A stretch of DNA of 29,091 bases from a virus (lineage: Duplodnaviria; Caudoviricetes). The stretch spans positions 1 through 29,091 of the IMG/VR virus record IMGVR_UViG_3300020314_000025; one strand, 5' to 3'. Positions 8,313-17,571 of this stretch are shown here, piece by piece. Made by a program: the position numbers and the translations under genes. Every line of letters starts with the position of its first letter. Position 1 is the stretch's first letter. The notes below the pieces were generated by a model. The model ran no database searches and was not told the DNA's origin. It saw only the letters and a program-made list of their open reading frames with translations.

Positions 8313-9284
8313 TTACTTTTCATTTATTTGACGTTCAAATTCTCTTAAACGTTTATAAACACTCATTAGTTCGATAATAGTTGGCCATGCTTTTAATAGA
8401 TACTGCATTGAACCTTCTACTCTACCGAATGCACGAATAATCTGTTGCATGACACCAAGTGTCACAACACCTGCCACAATAGCTGGTGCTAAGAATACAT
8501 ACGCACTCAAAACATTTGCTTGTAAGTATGTGATACGTCCAATATTAAAATACAAATAACGCAAATAAGATTTAAAGTGAATAGCACGAACACCTTCAAA
8601 CAATTCATTGATTGTCTTTGGTCTTACAGTTTCATCATCTTCTGCGATAACAAGTATCTTTCTATAAGCCGCTTCCTTTTTCTGCAAATCATATTCAACA
8701 CCGACTAGTCTTAGTAACCAACCTAGTGCAATTAAGAATAATGTACCACCTACTGACCAAACAATAGCACCTGTAATCAATCCATATTGCCAATCACCAA
8801 AGAAGAAGATTGGAATACCAACTGATAATCCAAATAAGATAGGAACAAACTGAACAAGTACCATAATTGATTCAATGAAACTTGTACCAAGTCCTTCCAT
8901 AATTCTTGAAAATTTAATTGTATCTTCTTGCACCCTTTGTGCGGCACCTTCAATAGTTCTTGCTTTATCGTATACAGAATGATACCATTCTACCATTGCA
9001 GTACGCCATCTAAACAAAAAGTGTGCAGTAAAATAACTAACTGCAACTGCGATACCAACATATATCATTGCTAGATATATAAATGATGCCAGACTTGACC
9101 AATACTCTCCGATTGTAATCGCATTTGGTTCTGCAAGTGCTTTCTGAATCATATCATAAAACTGACCGAACCATTCATTAATCTTAACATCGATTTCTAC
9201 TTGAACCCAAAGCGATGATAAGATTATTGCCGACCCTAACCAAGCCCACAAAGCCCATTTCTTAGTTGTGAAAAATCTAAACAT
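8313..9284 (-). CDS. sbmA: SbmA/BacA-family peptide transporter
   Basis: Motifs INEWFGQFYDMIQKAL, FRWRTAM, IEGAAQRVQED, EAAYRKILVIAED, AFGRVEGS and WPTIIELMSVYKRLREFE match SbmA/BacA; AGGAGG RBS. Confidence 0.88.
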   Translation of the reverse strand: MFRFFTTKKWALWAWLGSAIILSSLWVQVEIDVKINEWFGQFYDMIQKALAEPNAITIGEYWSSLASFIYLAMIYVGIAVAVSYFTAHFLFRWRTAMVEWYHSVYDKARTIEGAAQRVQEDTIKFSRIMEGLGTSFIESIMVLVQFVPILFGLSVGIPIFFFGDWQYGLITGAIVWSVGGTLFLIALGWLLRLVGVEYDLQKKEAAYRKILVIAEDDETVRPKTINELFEGVRAIHFKSYLRYLYFNIGRITYLQANVLSAYVFLAPAIVAGVVTLGVMQQIIRAFGRVEGSMQYLLKAWPTIIELMSVYKRLREFERQINEK

Positions 9285-9294
9285 GTTTATCCTC

Positions 9295-10329
9295 CTATGT
9301 TAGACCCCCTACCTTCAACCCATTAACACTGTAATAGTTCAAAAGATATTCTTTTATAACTAATGGGTCCTCTTCATATATACTTATACCTTTGTCTTCT
9401 ATGTCTTTTTTATTCTTAATTTGCCATAATCTTACTTCATTTGTTCCTACATTTATACCAATATCATTTTTTATTCTATTGAATACACTTTCATCATCAC
9501 CGAAACACCAATCAAAAGCATCAATTAATCTTCTTTCTCTTGCTTTTGTATAATCTTGTTCTCTACCTAAGTCACCAAAGTTACGATGCTTATGATTCCA
9601 TACATCGATAAATGTTTCAAAGTCTGTATAAAATTCTTTACCTTGATAAAAGTTCTCTTTGTTTTTTAGTGCTATTTCTATCTGCCAAGAGTAATATCCA
9701 TCATCTGATTTATACTTTTCTAGGAACCATTTGAACATTTCATCTCCTAGTATTTGTTGTATACGTTCTTGTTCTAAATTCTTTCTATTAAGCCAACGTC
9801 TTAAAAACATACGTAATGTAAGAATTTGAGTATTCTTTAAAGGATATAGATAAAGACTATTCATGCCTTTAAGTTGTTCATAATCTCTTAATATATAATG
9901 AGTACGTAAAACTAAATTAGATTGTTCTCTATTGTTAGCAATAACTGAATGCTTTTCATCGTCAGATACAGGAGCGACATCTACGCCATTCTTAAGAAGG
10001 TCGCATTCTTTTCTATAATATCTTAGTAATTTTAAGTTTGATGCAAACTGATGTACATCATGATTATCTGTTAACCCATCATATAACATGTAAGGTTTTG
10101 TATAATCAAAAATGTTAGGTTGTGTGTATTGATTGAAGAAACTATCTTCAACACCGTAGTTTGCAGTTCCTTCTTCACCGGATGTCCAATCTACATTAGA
10201 TTGTGCATTAACAATACTTGCTATAGTTTCAGCAAGTTTCTCTCCGCCTGTACCACCAGAATATTCTATGTGATATAAATTTGACCAATCGTAACCGTTG
10301 AGAGTTATAGAGTCTGTAGTATTCGCCAT
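9295..10329 (-). CDS. Hypothetical protein (possible sulfotransferase-like P-loop fold)
   Basis: 344 aa ORF. The N-terminal strand-loop-helix YHIEYSGGTGGEKLA is the only recognisable motif. Confidence 0.6.
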   Translation of the reverse strand: MANTTDSITLNGYDWSNLYHIEYSGGTGGEKLAETIASIVNAQSNVDWTSGEEGTANYGVEDSFFNQYTQPNIFDYTKPYMLYDGLTDNHDVHQFASNLKLLRYYRKECDLLKNGVDVAPVSDDEKHSVIANNREQSNLVLRTHYILRDYEQLKGMNSLYLYPLKNTQILTLRMFLRRWLNRKNLEQERIQQILGDEMFKWFLEKYKSDDGYYSWQIEIALKNKENFYQGKEFYTDFETFIDVWNHKHRNFGDLGREQDYTKARERRLIDAFDWCFGDDESVFNRIKNDIGINVGTNEVRLWQIKNKKDIEDKGISIYEEDPLVIKEYLLNYYSVNGLKVGGLT

Positions 10330-11015
10330 GTTTCTTTCCAGTCCTCGACATGATAAACTACACCATTTTCTCTTTGTCTCACTGCGTAGGCGATATCAAA
10401 ATCATTTCCACCTTGTTGACATTTATCACCAAAGAAAACTATTTCTGCATCTGAGATAAAATCATCAAGTATTTGTTGTTTGCCTTTTCCTATAGGCATA
10501 ATGTCCATACCAGTTTCACCTGCTACTTGGGCAACAACATTATACTCTTTAGAAAAGTTATTATTAAATTGTTTTGCTATATCAAATCTATCGTTGTTTG
10601 CTAAATCATATTCAACATATTTTTTACGTTGTTCTGTGTTTGCATTTCTACCAACAATACTATAGTTTAGTAAGCCAGGTCTTTCATCAAAATGTTTACC
10701 TGTCTTTGGTTCAAACGTGTGATGTATGAGTGTAGTTTCTAAAAAGTGCCATGGGAGTTGTTCAAGTTTCCAATCATTATTATAAATGTTTACACCCTTT
10801 TCCCATACTGAATTGCCACTGCAATTATAAACACGTTGTACTTCTGCAAAAACATCTTTGCCTATTTGTTCTACTGTCTTTGGAGCATCACTTCCTGTAG
10901 CAAGATACACAGGGTTCTCGCTATTGAATTTAAGAAACCATTTCTTAAATTCTGGATCCATTAGACCTCTACTAGGTGTCAGTGTTCCATCAACATCGAA
11001 TATATAATATCTCAT
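10305..11015 (-). CDS. HAD-IIB hydrolase, eukaryotic-type phosphomannomutase-like
   Basis: Motifs FDVDGTLTPSR, ATGSD, ERPGLLNYSIVGRNA and FFGDKCQQGGNDF. Confidence 0.85.
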   Translation of the reverse strand: MRYYIFDVDGTLTPSRGLMDPEFKKWFLKFNSENPVYLATGSDAPKTVEQIGKDVFAEVQRVYNCSGNSVWEKGVNIYNNDWKLEQLPWHFLETTLIHHTFEPKTGKHFDERPGLLNYSIVGRNANTEQRKKYVEYDLANNDRFDIAKQFNNNFSKEYNVVAQVAGETGMDIMPIGKGKQQILDDFISDAEIVFFGDKCQQGGNDFDIAYAVRQRENGVVYHVEDWKETWRILQTL

Positions 11016-11668
11016 GATTTTAATACTATGCTTTTCTGTTTTTGTAATACATACCAGTCATATGTTTCAGTAAAAGTTTTATTACCCTGTTTTAAATCTT
11101 TCAAAACTATTTCGTCATAACCTTTTAACTCAAATCCTGCTCTTTGAAATAAACTTTTATACATTGGATAACCCATGATGCTATAGTGATTCTTCCAATG
11201 TTCTAATCCACGTTCACTATTTTTAAGTCTTTCTATACTAGGTTGTGGCATTTCTACGTATAACCAACCACCAACTTTAAGCATTTTATTTAATTGATAG
11301 ATTGTATAAAAAGGAAATGGAGAATGTTCTAGTACATGTCGCATCCACACTGCATCAAATTCTTCATTGAAACCTGTAAAATTGAAATCTAATTTATGTA
11401 CCTTGAAACCATCTGCTTCACATTTTTCTACATCTTCCTTATCTAGTGTAAGACCTTCAACATTTGTAAAGCCTAGTTCTCTCATTTTTCTCATGGCGTA
11501 ACCAGCACCACAACCTAAATCTAATATCCTCATATTAGTTCTAAGTAACTGTAAAAAGCCTGGTAACATGGCATCAGTAACTTGTGATGTTAAAACACTA
11601 TCAGGTTCGTGATATACCTCACTTAACAAGTCAGTGTAAAACGCATCAAAGTCTTTCCATTTATTCAT
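11012..11668 (-). CDS. Class I SAM-dependent methyltransferase
   Basis: Motifs ILDLGCGAG, FDAVWMRHVLEH and LKVGGWLYVEMP. Confidence 0.88.
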   Translation of the reverse strand: MNKWKDFDAFYTDLLSEVYHEPDSVLTSQVTDAMLPGFLQLLRTNMRILDLGCGAGYAMRKMRELGFTNVEGLTLDKEDVEKCEADGFKVHKLDFNFTGFNEEFDAVWMRHVLEHSPFPFYTIYQLNKMLKVGGWLYVEMPQPSIERLKNSERGLEHWKNHYSIMGYPMYKSLFQRAGFELKGYDEIVLKDLKQGNKTFTETYDWYVLQKQKSIVLKS

Positions 11669-12662
11669 GAGGATATGCTCTGTTTAGAATAGCCGCCATT
11701 TCATCTGGTGCTTTAGATAGATTTTGTAAGTCCCATTCACCGCACCATTTTAGAAAGTTGATACCTACACCTGGAACTTTCTTAGGCTTACTTGCATCTG
11801 CAATCGTTTGAACAAAGTCTACCTTTAGTTCTGTAGGCTGTGCATGTAAGTCAATCAAAATTTTATTACGTTCATAATCTTCACGTACTGTATGTTCATC
11901 ACCGTTATGGTCTGTCCATCGTTGTAGCATAAAGTTATTCCAGTTGAAGCCACCTGTTGCTTGGTCTTCAAATGCTTCAATCATACCAATTTTATTTTTA
12001 GTGCCTTTCTTTCTAGCACCTGGATATGCTGAAAAGATGTTATCACTTGTATCACCACGAATACATTTCTCAAACAATAACCACTTAGGGTCTGGAGCAG
12101 GCATAACTTCTTTTGTCTTTTTATCTTTCATAGGTGTCATGTTCTTATCATCTTTAAAGAAACCATCTTTAGTAATGATACGATTTTGTACACCATCATA
12201 AATCTTTACGTTGTCTTGAATTAGTTGTAGATAATCACTGTCACTTGAAATAACAATGTGTTCATCATTAGGATGTGATTCAATAAACATAGCAATCATA
12301 TCATCTGCTTCTGCTTGTTTATTGTGTAGCAATGTTACATTAGTTTTCTTATCTAAGAATTCAACCATGCTATCATAAGCATCAAACATGATTTGATTTT
12401 CTTCTTGTTCTCTAACTGATAATTGCTCACGTGCATCTTTACGATTGCGTTTGTAAGGCTCGTAGAAATCTTTACGCCATGAACGACCTTCTAAACAAAA
12501 TACTGCATGGTCGGCATTGAATTTATTATAACACATTTTCACACTATTCATCATAATATGAAAAGCCATGCCAATACGCATATCGACATTTGAGCCACGC
12601 ATTGCTACGTGTTTTGCTCTGTGATACATGTTGAAACTATCAACAAGGATGAAAGTAGCCAT
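11661..12662 (-). CDS. rnh: T4 RNase H-like 5'-3' exonuclease (FEN/PIN fold)
   Basis: Motifs ILVDSFN, SWRKDFYEPYKRNR, EADD, SSDSDYLQL and GDTSDNI. Confidence 0.88.
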   Translation of the reverse strand: MATFILVDSFNMYHRAKHVAMRGSNVDMRIGMAFHIMMNSVKMCYNKFNADHAVFCLEGRSWRKDFYEPYKRNRKDAREQLSVREQEENQIMFDAYDSMVEFLDKKTNVTLLHNKQAEADDMIAMFIESHPNDEHIVISSDSDYLQLIQDNVKIYDGVQNRIITKDGFFKDDKNMTPMKDKKTKEVMPAPDPKWLLFEKCIRGDTSDNIFSAYPGARKKGTKNKIGMIEAFEDQATGGFNWNNFMLQRWTDHNGDEHTVREDYERNKILIDLHAQPTELKVDFVQTIADASKPKKVPGVGINFLKWCGEWDLQNLSKAPDEMAAILNRAYPHE

Positions 12663-12691
12663 TATTACCTCTTTAAGTTATATACGTACTT

Positions 12692-12720
12692 AATGTAACA
12701 CAGTTTACTGGAAATGTCAA
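12692..12720 (-). promoter_or_regulatory. Sigma70-type promoter upstream of rnh
   Basis: TTGACA-17 nt-TACATT with a TGn extension, and a GAGGT RBS downstream. Confidence 0.7.
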
Positions 12721-13181
12721 GAGTATTCAGCGGTATCGTCACCAGTTTTTAATCGCTGAACAATAAGTCCTTCTTTACTTTTAGTATCAACACTTTTTGC
12801 AACGCCTTCTTCGTCTTCAAGACCTTCCATTACAATGTTTTTACATAAGTCATTGAACCAATTGTCTACGATTTTATCTGGCTCTGTGCCTTCGTATCCT
12901 GAGTTCGCAAGATATTCAACAAATTCTTCATTGAAATCTAATTCAAAGAAACCCGAACCAGGCTTATCTTTGTCAAGTTCCATCTTAAGAACTTTGACCC
13001 AAGGTTCGCCTTTGATAGTTGCTAGTTTTTTATCATGTTCGATTTTAGATATGTGTCCGTATTTAAAGTCTAGTTCGACCATACGTTTTTGCATAGCTTT
13101 ATCGTCACTGATTTTTCTAGCATCTGCTCTTTCGTTTTCTTCACTTGTCTTGAACCATGTACTAGGTTTTAAAATATCCAT
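12717..13181 (-). CDS. Hypothetical phage protein
   Basis: 154 aa ORF with an AAAGGA RBS. Confidence 0.75.
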   Translation of the reverse strand: MDILKPSTWFKTSEENERADARKISDDKAMQKRMVELDFKYGHISKIEHDKKLATIKGEPWVKVLKMELDKDKPGSGFFELDFNEEFVEYLANSGYEGTEPDKIVDNWFNDLCKNIVMEGLEDEEGVAKSVDTKSKEGLIVQRLKTGDDTAEYS

Positions 13182-13191
13182 TTTATTCCTT

Positions 13192-13539
13192 TCAGTTCAC
13201 TTTTAATTCTGGCACTGCTTCTACTAGTTTATCAATGCCACCTTCGATATAAATCATATTTTTATATCCATTATTTTTAATGTACTTTGTTACTTGTTCT
13301 GCTCTTGTACCATCTTGGCAAAGCATTAAACAAATAATATAAGTAGGAGCCATGTCTATCTGGTCAGGTATCTCGTACATTGAAATATTAAATGTACCTT
13401 TAACAATACCTTTCTCAGTTCGTTCTTCTGGCTCTCGTATATCAACAAGCATATATTCTTGTTTATCATACCATTCATTTACGAATTCTTCTACTGTAAT
13501 AGATAGACTATCATCGTTTGTTTTATAAAACTCACTCAT
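13192..13539 (-). CDS. Single-domain rhodanese (sulfurtransferase)
   Basis: Motifs LVDIREPEE, active-site loop CQDGTRA and IEGGI. Confidence 0.85.
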   Translation of the reverse strand: MSEFYKTNDDSLSITVEEFVNEWYDKQEYMLVDIREPEERTEKGIVKGTFNISMYEIPDQIDMAPTYIICLMLCQDGTRAEQVTKYIKNNGYKNMIYIEGGIDKLVEAVPELKVN

Positions 13540-13542
13540 TGT

Positions 13543-14691
13543 CTAACATCCTTCATTAATCTCTTTTTCCCATTCATCAGCATCAGCGAATTTTCGTTCC
13601 CAACCGATTTGTTCCCATGGAACATTCTTATCACCAAAGTGACCAAATATACAGTTCTCACTATAGTTATGGAAATCAAACAGTTTAAATCTATCAATAA
13701 TTCCTTTAGGTGTTAAGTCGATATTATCTCTAACAAACTTGTGAATTGAACGATTATGTCCATTACTATCAATGTAAATACTTGTAGGTTCTTTTACACC
13801 AATAGCATATGACAACTGTACATTGCACCAATCTGCCATATCATCTGCTACAATATTCTTTGCTAACCATCTTGCCATGTAAGCCGCTGACCTATCTACT
13901 TTGGTAGGATCTTTTCCGCTAAAAGCGCCACCACCGTGAGGAGCAAAACCACCATAGGTATCCACGATAATTTTGCGTCCGGTGAGTCCTGTGTCACCAT
14001 CAGGGCCACCAATAAGAAACTTACCAGTAGGGTTAAAATGATATACAGTATCTTTGTCAACTAAATCTCCTAACACTTCTTCTACTGCCGTGTTGATAGG
14101 CATTCTAATACTATGTTCCATACCTTCTGTATGTTGACATGATACAACTACCTGGTCTACACGTTTTACTTTACCGCCTTCATACTGAACACTGACTTGT
14201 GATTTAGAGTCAGGCTGTATGTATTTATAGCCTTCATCTACACGTAGACTTTTTAGTTTCTTTAGAATTTCATGTGAATAATGTATGGGTGCAGGCATCA
14301 TGCTTGGAGTATCATTAGATGCATATCCAAACATAATACCTTGGTCACCCGCCCCAAAGTCATCAGTACCTAAACCGATGTCACCACTTTGTTTATGAAT
14401 TTTTTGTACAACTTCTAAGTCTTTCCAGTGAAAGCCAGATTGTTCATATCCAATTTCTTTAACTTTATCTCTAACGATTTGCTCTACTTCTTCTGTAGAA
14501 ACGTTAAAGTTTTTTACTTCGCCCGCCAACGTTACATAGTTGGTAGTTACAAGTGTCTCTATCGCTACACGTGTAGTTTCATCACCGTTCTTAAGTCCGG
14601 CATCAACTAGTGCATCACTAATCTGATCCGCTACTTTATCTGGGTGACCGTCACTAACACTTTCGCTAGTAAAAATATAATCGTTCATCAT
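13543..14691 (-). CDS. metK: S-adenosylmethionine synthetase
   Basis: Motifs FTSESVSDGHPDK, GAGDQG, GGPDGDTGLTGRKIIVDTYGG and GGGAFSGKDPTKVDRS. Confidence 0.97.
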   Translation of the reverse strand: MMNDYIFTSESVSDGHPDKVADQISDALVDAGLKNGDETTRVAIETLVTTNYVTLAGEVKNFNVSTEEVEQIVRDKVKEIGYEQSGFHWKDLEVVQKIHKQSGDIGLGTDDFGAGDQGIMFGYASNDTPSMMPAPIHYSHEILKKLKSLRVDEGYKYIQPDSKSQVSVQYEGGKVKRVDQVVVSCQHTEGMEHSIRMPINTAVEEVLGDLVDKDTVYHFNPTGKFLIGGPDGDTGLTGRKIIVDTYGGFAPHGGGAFSGKDPTKVDRSAAYMARWLAKNIVADDMADWCNVQLSYAIGVKEPTSIYIDSNGHNRSIHKFVRDNIDLTPKGIIDRFKLFDFHNYSENCIFGHFGDKNVPWEQIGWERKFADADEWEKEINEGC

Positions 14692-14706
14692 AAGTTATCC
14701 TTATCC

Positions 14707-14829
14707 TTAATATCCGGCTTCCCGAATTCGTTTTTCTAAATCGTTATGGTTAATATCTTTTTTCATAACGTCCTCTAAATGTTCATTTGTATAACGTGAT
14801 GCAGTTCCATCATCAAGTACCCCAGGCAT
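14707..14829 (-). CDS. Small hypothetical protein (40 aa, or 19 aa from the ATG at 14766)
   Basis: Fills the gap between queE and metK: MPGVLDDGTASRYTNEHLEDVMKKDINHNDLEKRIREAGY. The internal ATG at 14766 has a GAGGA RBS. Confidence 0.4.
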   Translation of the reverse strand: MPGVLDDGTASRYTNEHLEDVMKKDINHNDLEKRIREAGY

Positions 14830-15709
14830 TTCCGAAGAGGGATATGTGGAGTCTTGGCGTGAACCTCCACCCTTTCTCCATGCAAAGTTCTGCCACATCT
14901 TTGACTGTGAGATTATATTCCTCACTGCGTCCACCCAAAGGCATAAGATAGACAGGTACATCAATATCTTTTTTGATATATTCTTTGACGGCTCTATCAA
15001 CATCGTTAACATCTGTATCGTCAGATACAACAAATTTAAAATACATGCTACTACCAGGAACAGAATAGTAATCGTAAGCAATATCAGGTTTGATAGCAGT
15101 GTCCCAAGGTTCTCCAGAAACCGGGAGTTTTGGAGAGCAACTAAATGTTGTCTTAAATCTTGCTTTGCTTGAGAGATATTCTTTAAACTCCGGGTGTAGA
15201 CTTTGTGTAGTGTTTGTTTCAAATGTAACATTTTTTAAATCTTGCATCCTTTCATGTTCGAACAAATCAATATACAAACGTTGCCATGCTAACAAAGGTT
15301 CACCGCCAGTCATTATTAAGTGAATGTCTTGACCGTTATCTTGTGTCCACTTGCCATTAGGTGTAAGAGATAGTAAATGTTCTACTACTTCATCTACCGT
15401 AGCTTGTTTATTAAAGTGTTTAAATTCAGGATAGATACTTGCATAAGTATCACACCCTGTATGTATAATAGGCAAATCCTCAAACTCCTTTGTAGTTTCA
15501 TGTACACCATCGTCAATTAGTGCTTTCACTTCATCGTTATACCTATTACCTTGTTTGTGCTTTTCGTCACGCATTGGTTCACCTCTTGGTAATCCAAAGT
15601 TCATACAACGAAAATTACAACCAAATGTACGTAGGAATACACTAGGTACTCCTACATATTTGCCTTCTCCTTGCACACTATAAAATGCTTCTGAGTATCT
15701 CAGCTTCAC
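14813..15709 (-). CDS. queE: 7-carboxy-7-deazaguanine synthase (radical SAM)
   Basis: Motifs EAFYSVQGEG, FLRTFGCN, CDT, TGGEP, ETN, SPK and RLH. ATGA overlap with folE. Confidence 0.92.
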   Translation of the reverse strand: MKLRYSEAFYSVQGEGKYVGVPSVFLRTFGCNFRCMNFGLPRGEPMRDEKHKQGNRYNDEVKALIDDGVHETTKEFEDLPIIHTGCDTYASIYPEFKHFNKQATVDEVVEHLLSLTPNGKWTQDNGQDIHLIMTGGEPLLAWQRLYIDLFEHERMQDLKNVTFETNTTQSLHPEFKEYLSSKARFKTTFSCSPKLPVSGEPWDTAIKPDIAYDYYSVPGSSMYFKFVVSDDTDVNDVDRAVKEYIKKDIDVPVYLMPLGGRSEEYNLTVKDVAELCMEKGWRFTPRLHISLFGNAWGT

Positions 15710-16386
15710 GCCTTGTGGCCTTTCATACTCAACATTAGATTATAGAATTCTTGCTTAAGATTAGGATCATCTCTAAACTTACCTAGCATTACCGCAGTAG
15801 TCATATCACTGTCATGCTCTTTAACACCTCTATGTGTCATGCAATGATGTTCAGCTTTGACAACAACTGCAACATTAGGTGTCTTTGCATATTGCACAAG
15901 TTTATCTGCAATCTGTGTTGTCATTTCTTCTTGAATCTGCGGACGTTCAGCAATGTGATGTACTAGCCTATTAAACTTAGATAGACCAATAACTTCTTCT
16001 TCTGGAAAGATACCTACCCAACATTTACCTACAATATTTTGAAGATGATGGGCACAAGTACTACGAATAGTAATTGGACCTGTTGTATACAAGTTGTTAT
16101 ATCCCATGTTAGGAAAACTTGTTACTCTTGGTTCTGGTACATAACGCCCACCAAATGTTTCATTTAAAAACATTTTAGCTACACGTTTTGCAGTTTCTTT
16201 TGTGTTATGGTCGTGTTCTGTGTCTATAACTAGACTACTTAAAACCCTTTGCATTTCGTTCTGTACTTCATTTTGAAGTAGTTCTAACTCACCGGGTTTT
16301 ACAAACTCTGCTATGTTATCATTGGCATTGAATCTTGCTTTTGCCGTAACGATACGTTCTTTGATTATATCGGAAGTCTTTCTCAT
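15706..16386 (-). CDS. folE: GTP cyclohydrolase I
   Basis: Motifs TAKRVAKM, STCAHH, GLSKFNRLV, RPQIQE and HHCMTHRGV. Confidence 0.95.
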   Translation of the reverse strand: MRKTSDIIKERIVTAKARFNANDNIAEFVKPGELELLQNEVQNEMQRVLSSLVIDTEHDHNTKETAKRVAKMFLNETFGGRYVPEPRVTSFPNMGYNNLYTTGPITIRSTCAHHLQNIVGKCWVGIFPEEEVIGLSKFNRLVHHIAERPQIQEEMTTQIADKLVQYAKTPNVAVVVKAEHHCMTHRGVKEHDSDMTTAVMLGKFRDDPNLKQEFYNLMLSMKGHKA

Positions 16387-16443
16387 GTACTATGTTCCTT
16401 TTCATTATGTTATATGGCGGAAAAACCACTCATATATCCTACT

Positions 16444-16472
16444 ATTATATATGAATGGGTCTCCTATGTCAA
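16444..16472 (-). promoter_or_regulatory. Perfect-consensus sigma70 promoter for folE-queE-metK
   Basis: TTGACA-17 nt-TATAAT. Confidence 0.88.
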
Positions 16473-16480
16473 TAGATAAT

Positions 16481-17569
16481 TTAAGCAAATTTAACCGGGT
16501 CCATGCTTTCAGTTAATCTTTCTATTAGTTTGTCTGCATAATAGAATTGCTTTACCTTATCTACCTCTTTATCCATAATATCTTGTAAATCTGTATTACT
16601 TTTCATAAGAATACGAATACGTGTTTTGATATTATCAATATTTTGTTTAGCTGATTCTAAATCTCTAGTCCATTCACTTGGATATTTGAATGTATCTGAC
16701 CACATTTCAGAATAGCTTAATCTGTCAGGGACCAATGGGATAGCACCAACTACAAGTCCTTCATAGACAGATATACCTAGAGTTTCTTGTAAGTTAGCAC
16801 TAAACACCATTTTTGCCTTACCAAGCAATTTGTGGTAATCTCTTTTGGATAGATTCAGTTCTTGACATTTAATAAACTTGTATTCAGGCATTTGCTCTGC
16901 AAGATAGTCAAAAACTTCTGGTTGCTTCTCAGGAGCAATTCTATGAGGAAATAATATAATGTCCTCTTTTTCCATGTTCCTGTAAGGTGCTAAATCGCTT
17001 TCAATATACTCCATGGGCCAACCAACCTGTCTTATTGAGTGAAGTAGTTGCCGGTCGATATCCCTATCGTCCTCAAAAAATGTCTGGGTAAACATGTCAA
17101 TATGAAATTTAGTTGCGAAAAAGTTATCATCGTAACAATCATACATTGACATTTCAGCATTTCGAACCCACGATGCATTGCCAATCAGTCTTCCTAAAAA
17201 GTCATGAGGGTCATACGATCCGGCATGCCACATACCCCCAATACGGATTTTAACACCCAACAGTTCAGCCATATATTTTAGCTGAATTACTGTTGGGTTC
17301 CAAGCATCAGTATATAAAAAATAGTCCCCGTCCTTCACTTTGCCATTGCAAAATAGTTCCGCTATCTTTGATATCTGTGCCGCCTTGTAGATATTAGTAC
17401 CACCAAAATTAAGAAAAGCACCGGGAGTAGTGGCTTCGGGAATGCCTGCACTAGGGCCGTCTATCACCGTCACATTCAACCCATTTTCTTTTAGTAAGGT
17501 CGGGAAATGTGTCTTCCATTGCTTTGTGTAGCGGGATTCAACACTTTCCAAATCTACAAGATATATCAT
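16481..17569 (-). CDS. Glycosyltransferase, GT-B fold (GT4-like)
   Basis: C-terminal FPHRIAPEKQP and QETLGISVYEG (ExxGxxxxE), then GAIPLVPDRLSYSE. Confidence 0.82.
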   Translation of the reverse strand: MIYLVDLESVESRYTKQWKTHFPTLLKENGLNVTVIDGPSAGIPEATTPGAFLNFGGTNIYKAAQISKIAELFCNGKVKDGDYFLYTDAWNPTVIQLKYMAELLGVKIRIGGMWHAGSYDPHDFLGRLIGNASWVRNAEMSMYDCYDDNFFATKFHIDMFTQTFFEDDRDIDRQLLHSIRQVGWPMEYIESDLAPYRNMEKEDIILFPHRIAPEKQPEVFDYLAEQMPEYKFIKCQELNLSKRDYHKLLGKAKMVFSANLQETLGISVYEGLVVGAIPLVPDRLSYSEMWSDTFKYPSEWTRDLESAKQNIDNIKTRIRILMKSNTDLQDIMDKEVDKVKQFYYADKLIERLTESMDPVKFA

Positions 17570-17571
17570 AA

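Noticed and set aside
14830-15231. 5' part of the 174-aa minus-strand ORF overlapping queE
   Set aside because: Alternate frame within a well-supported gene. Only the last 40 or 19 codons outside or at the end of queE are plausible.
16387-16443. Canonical preQ1 riboswitch upstream of folE
   Set aside because: The loop and tail consensus of preQ1-I is not matched, so it is kept only as an unexplained hairpin.
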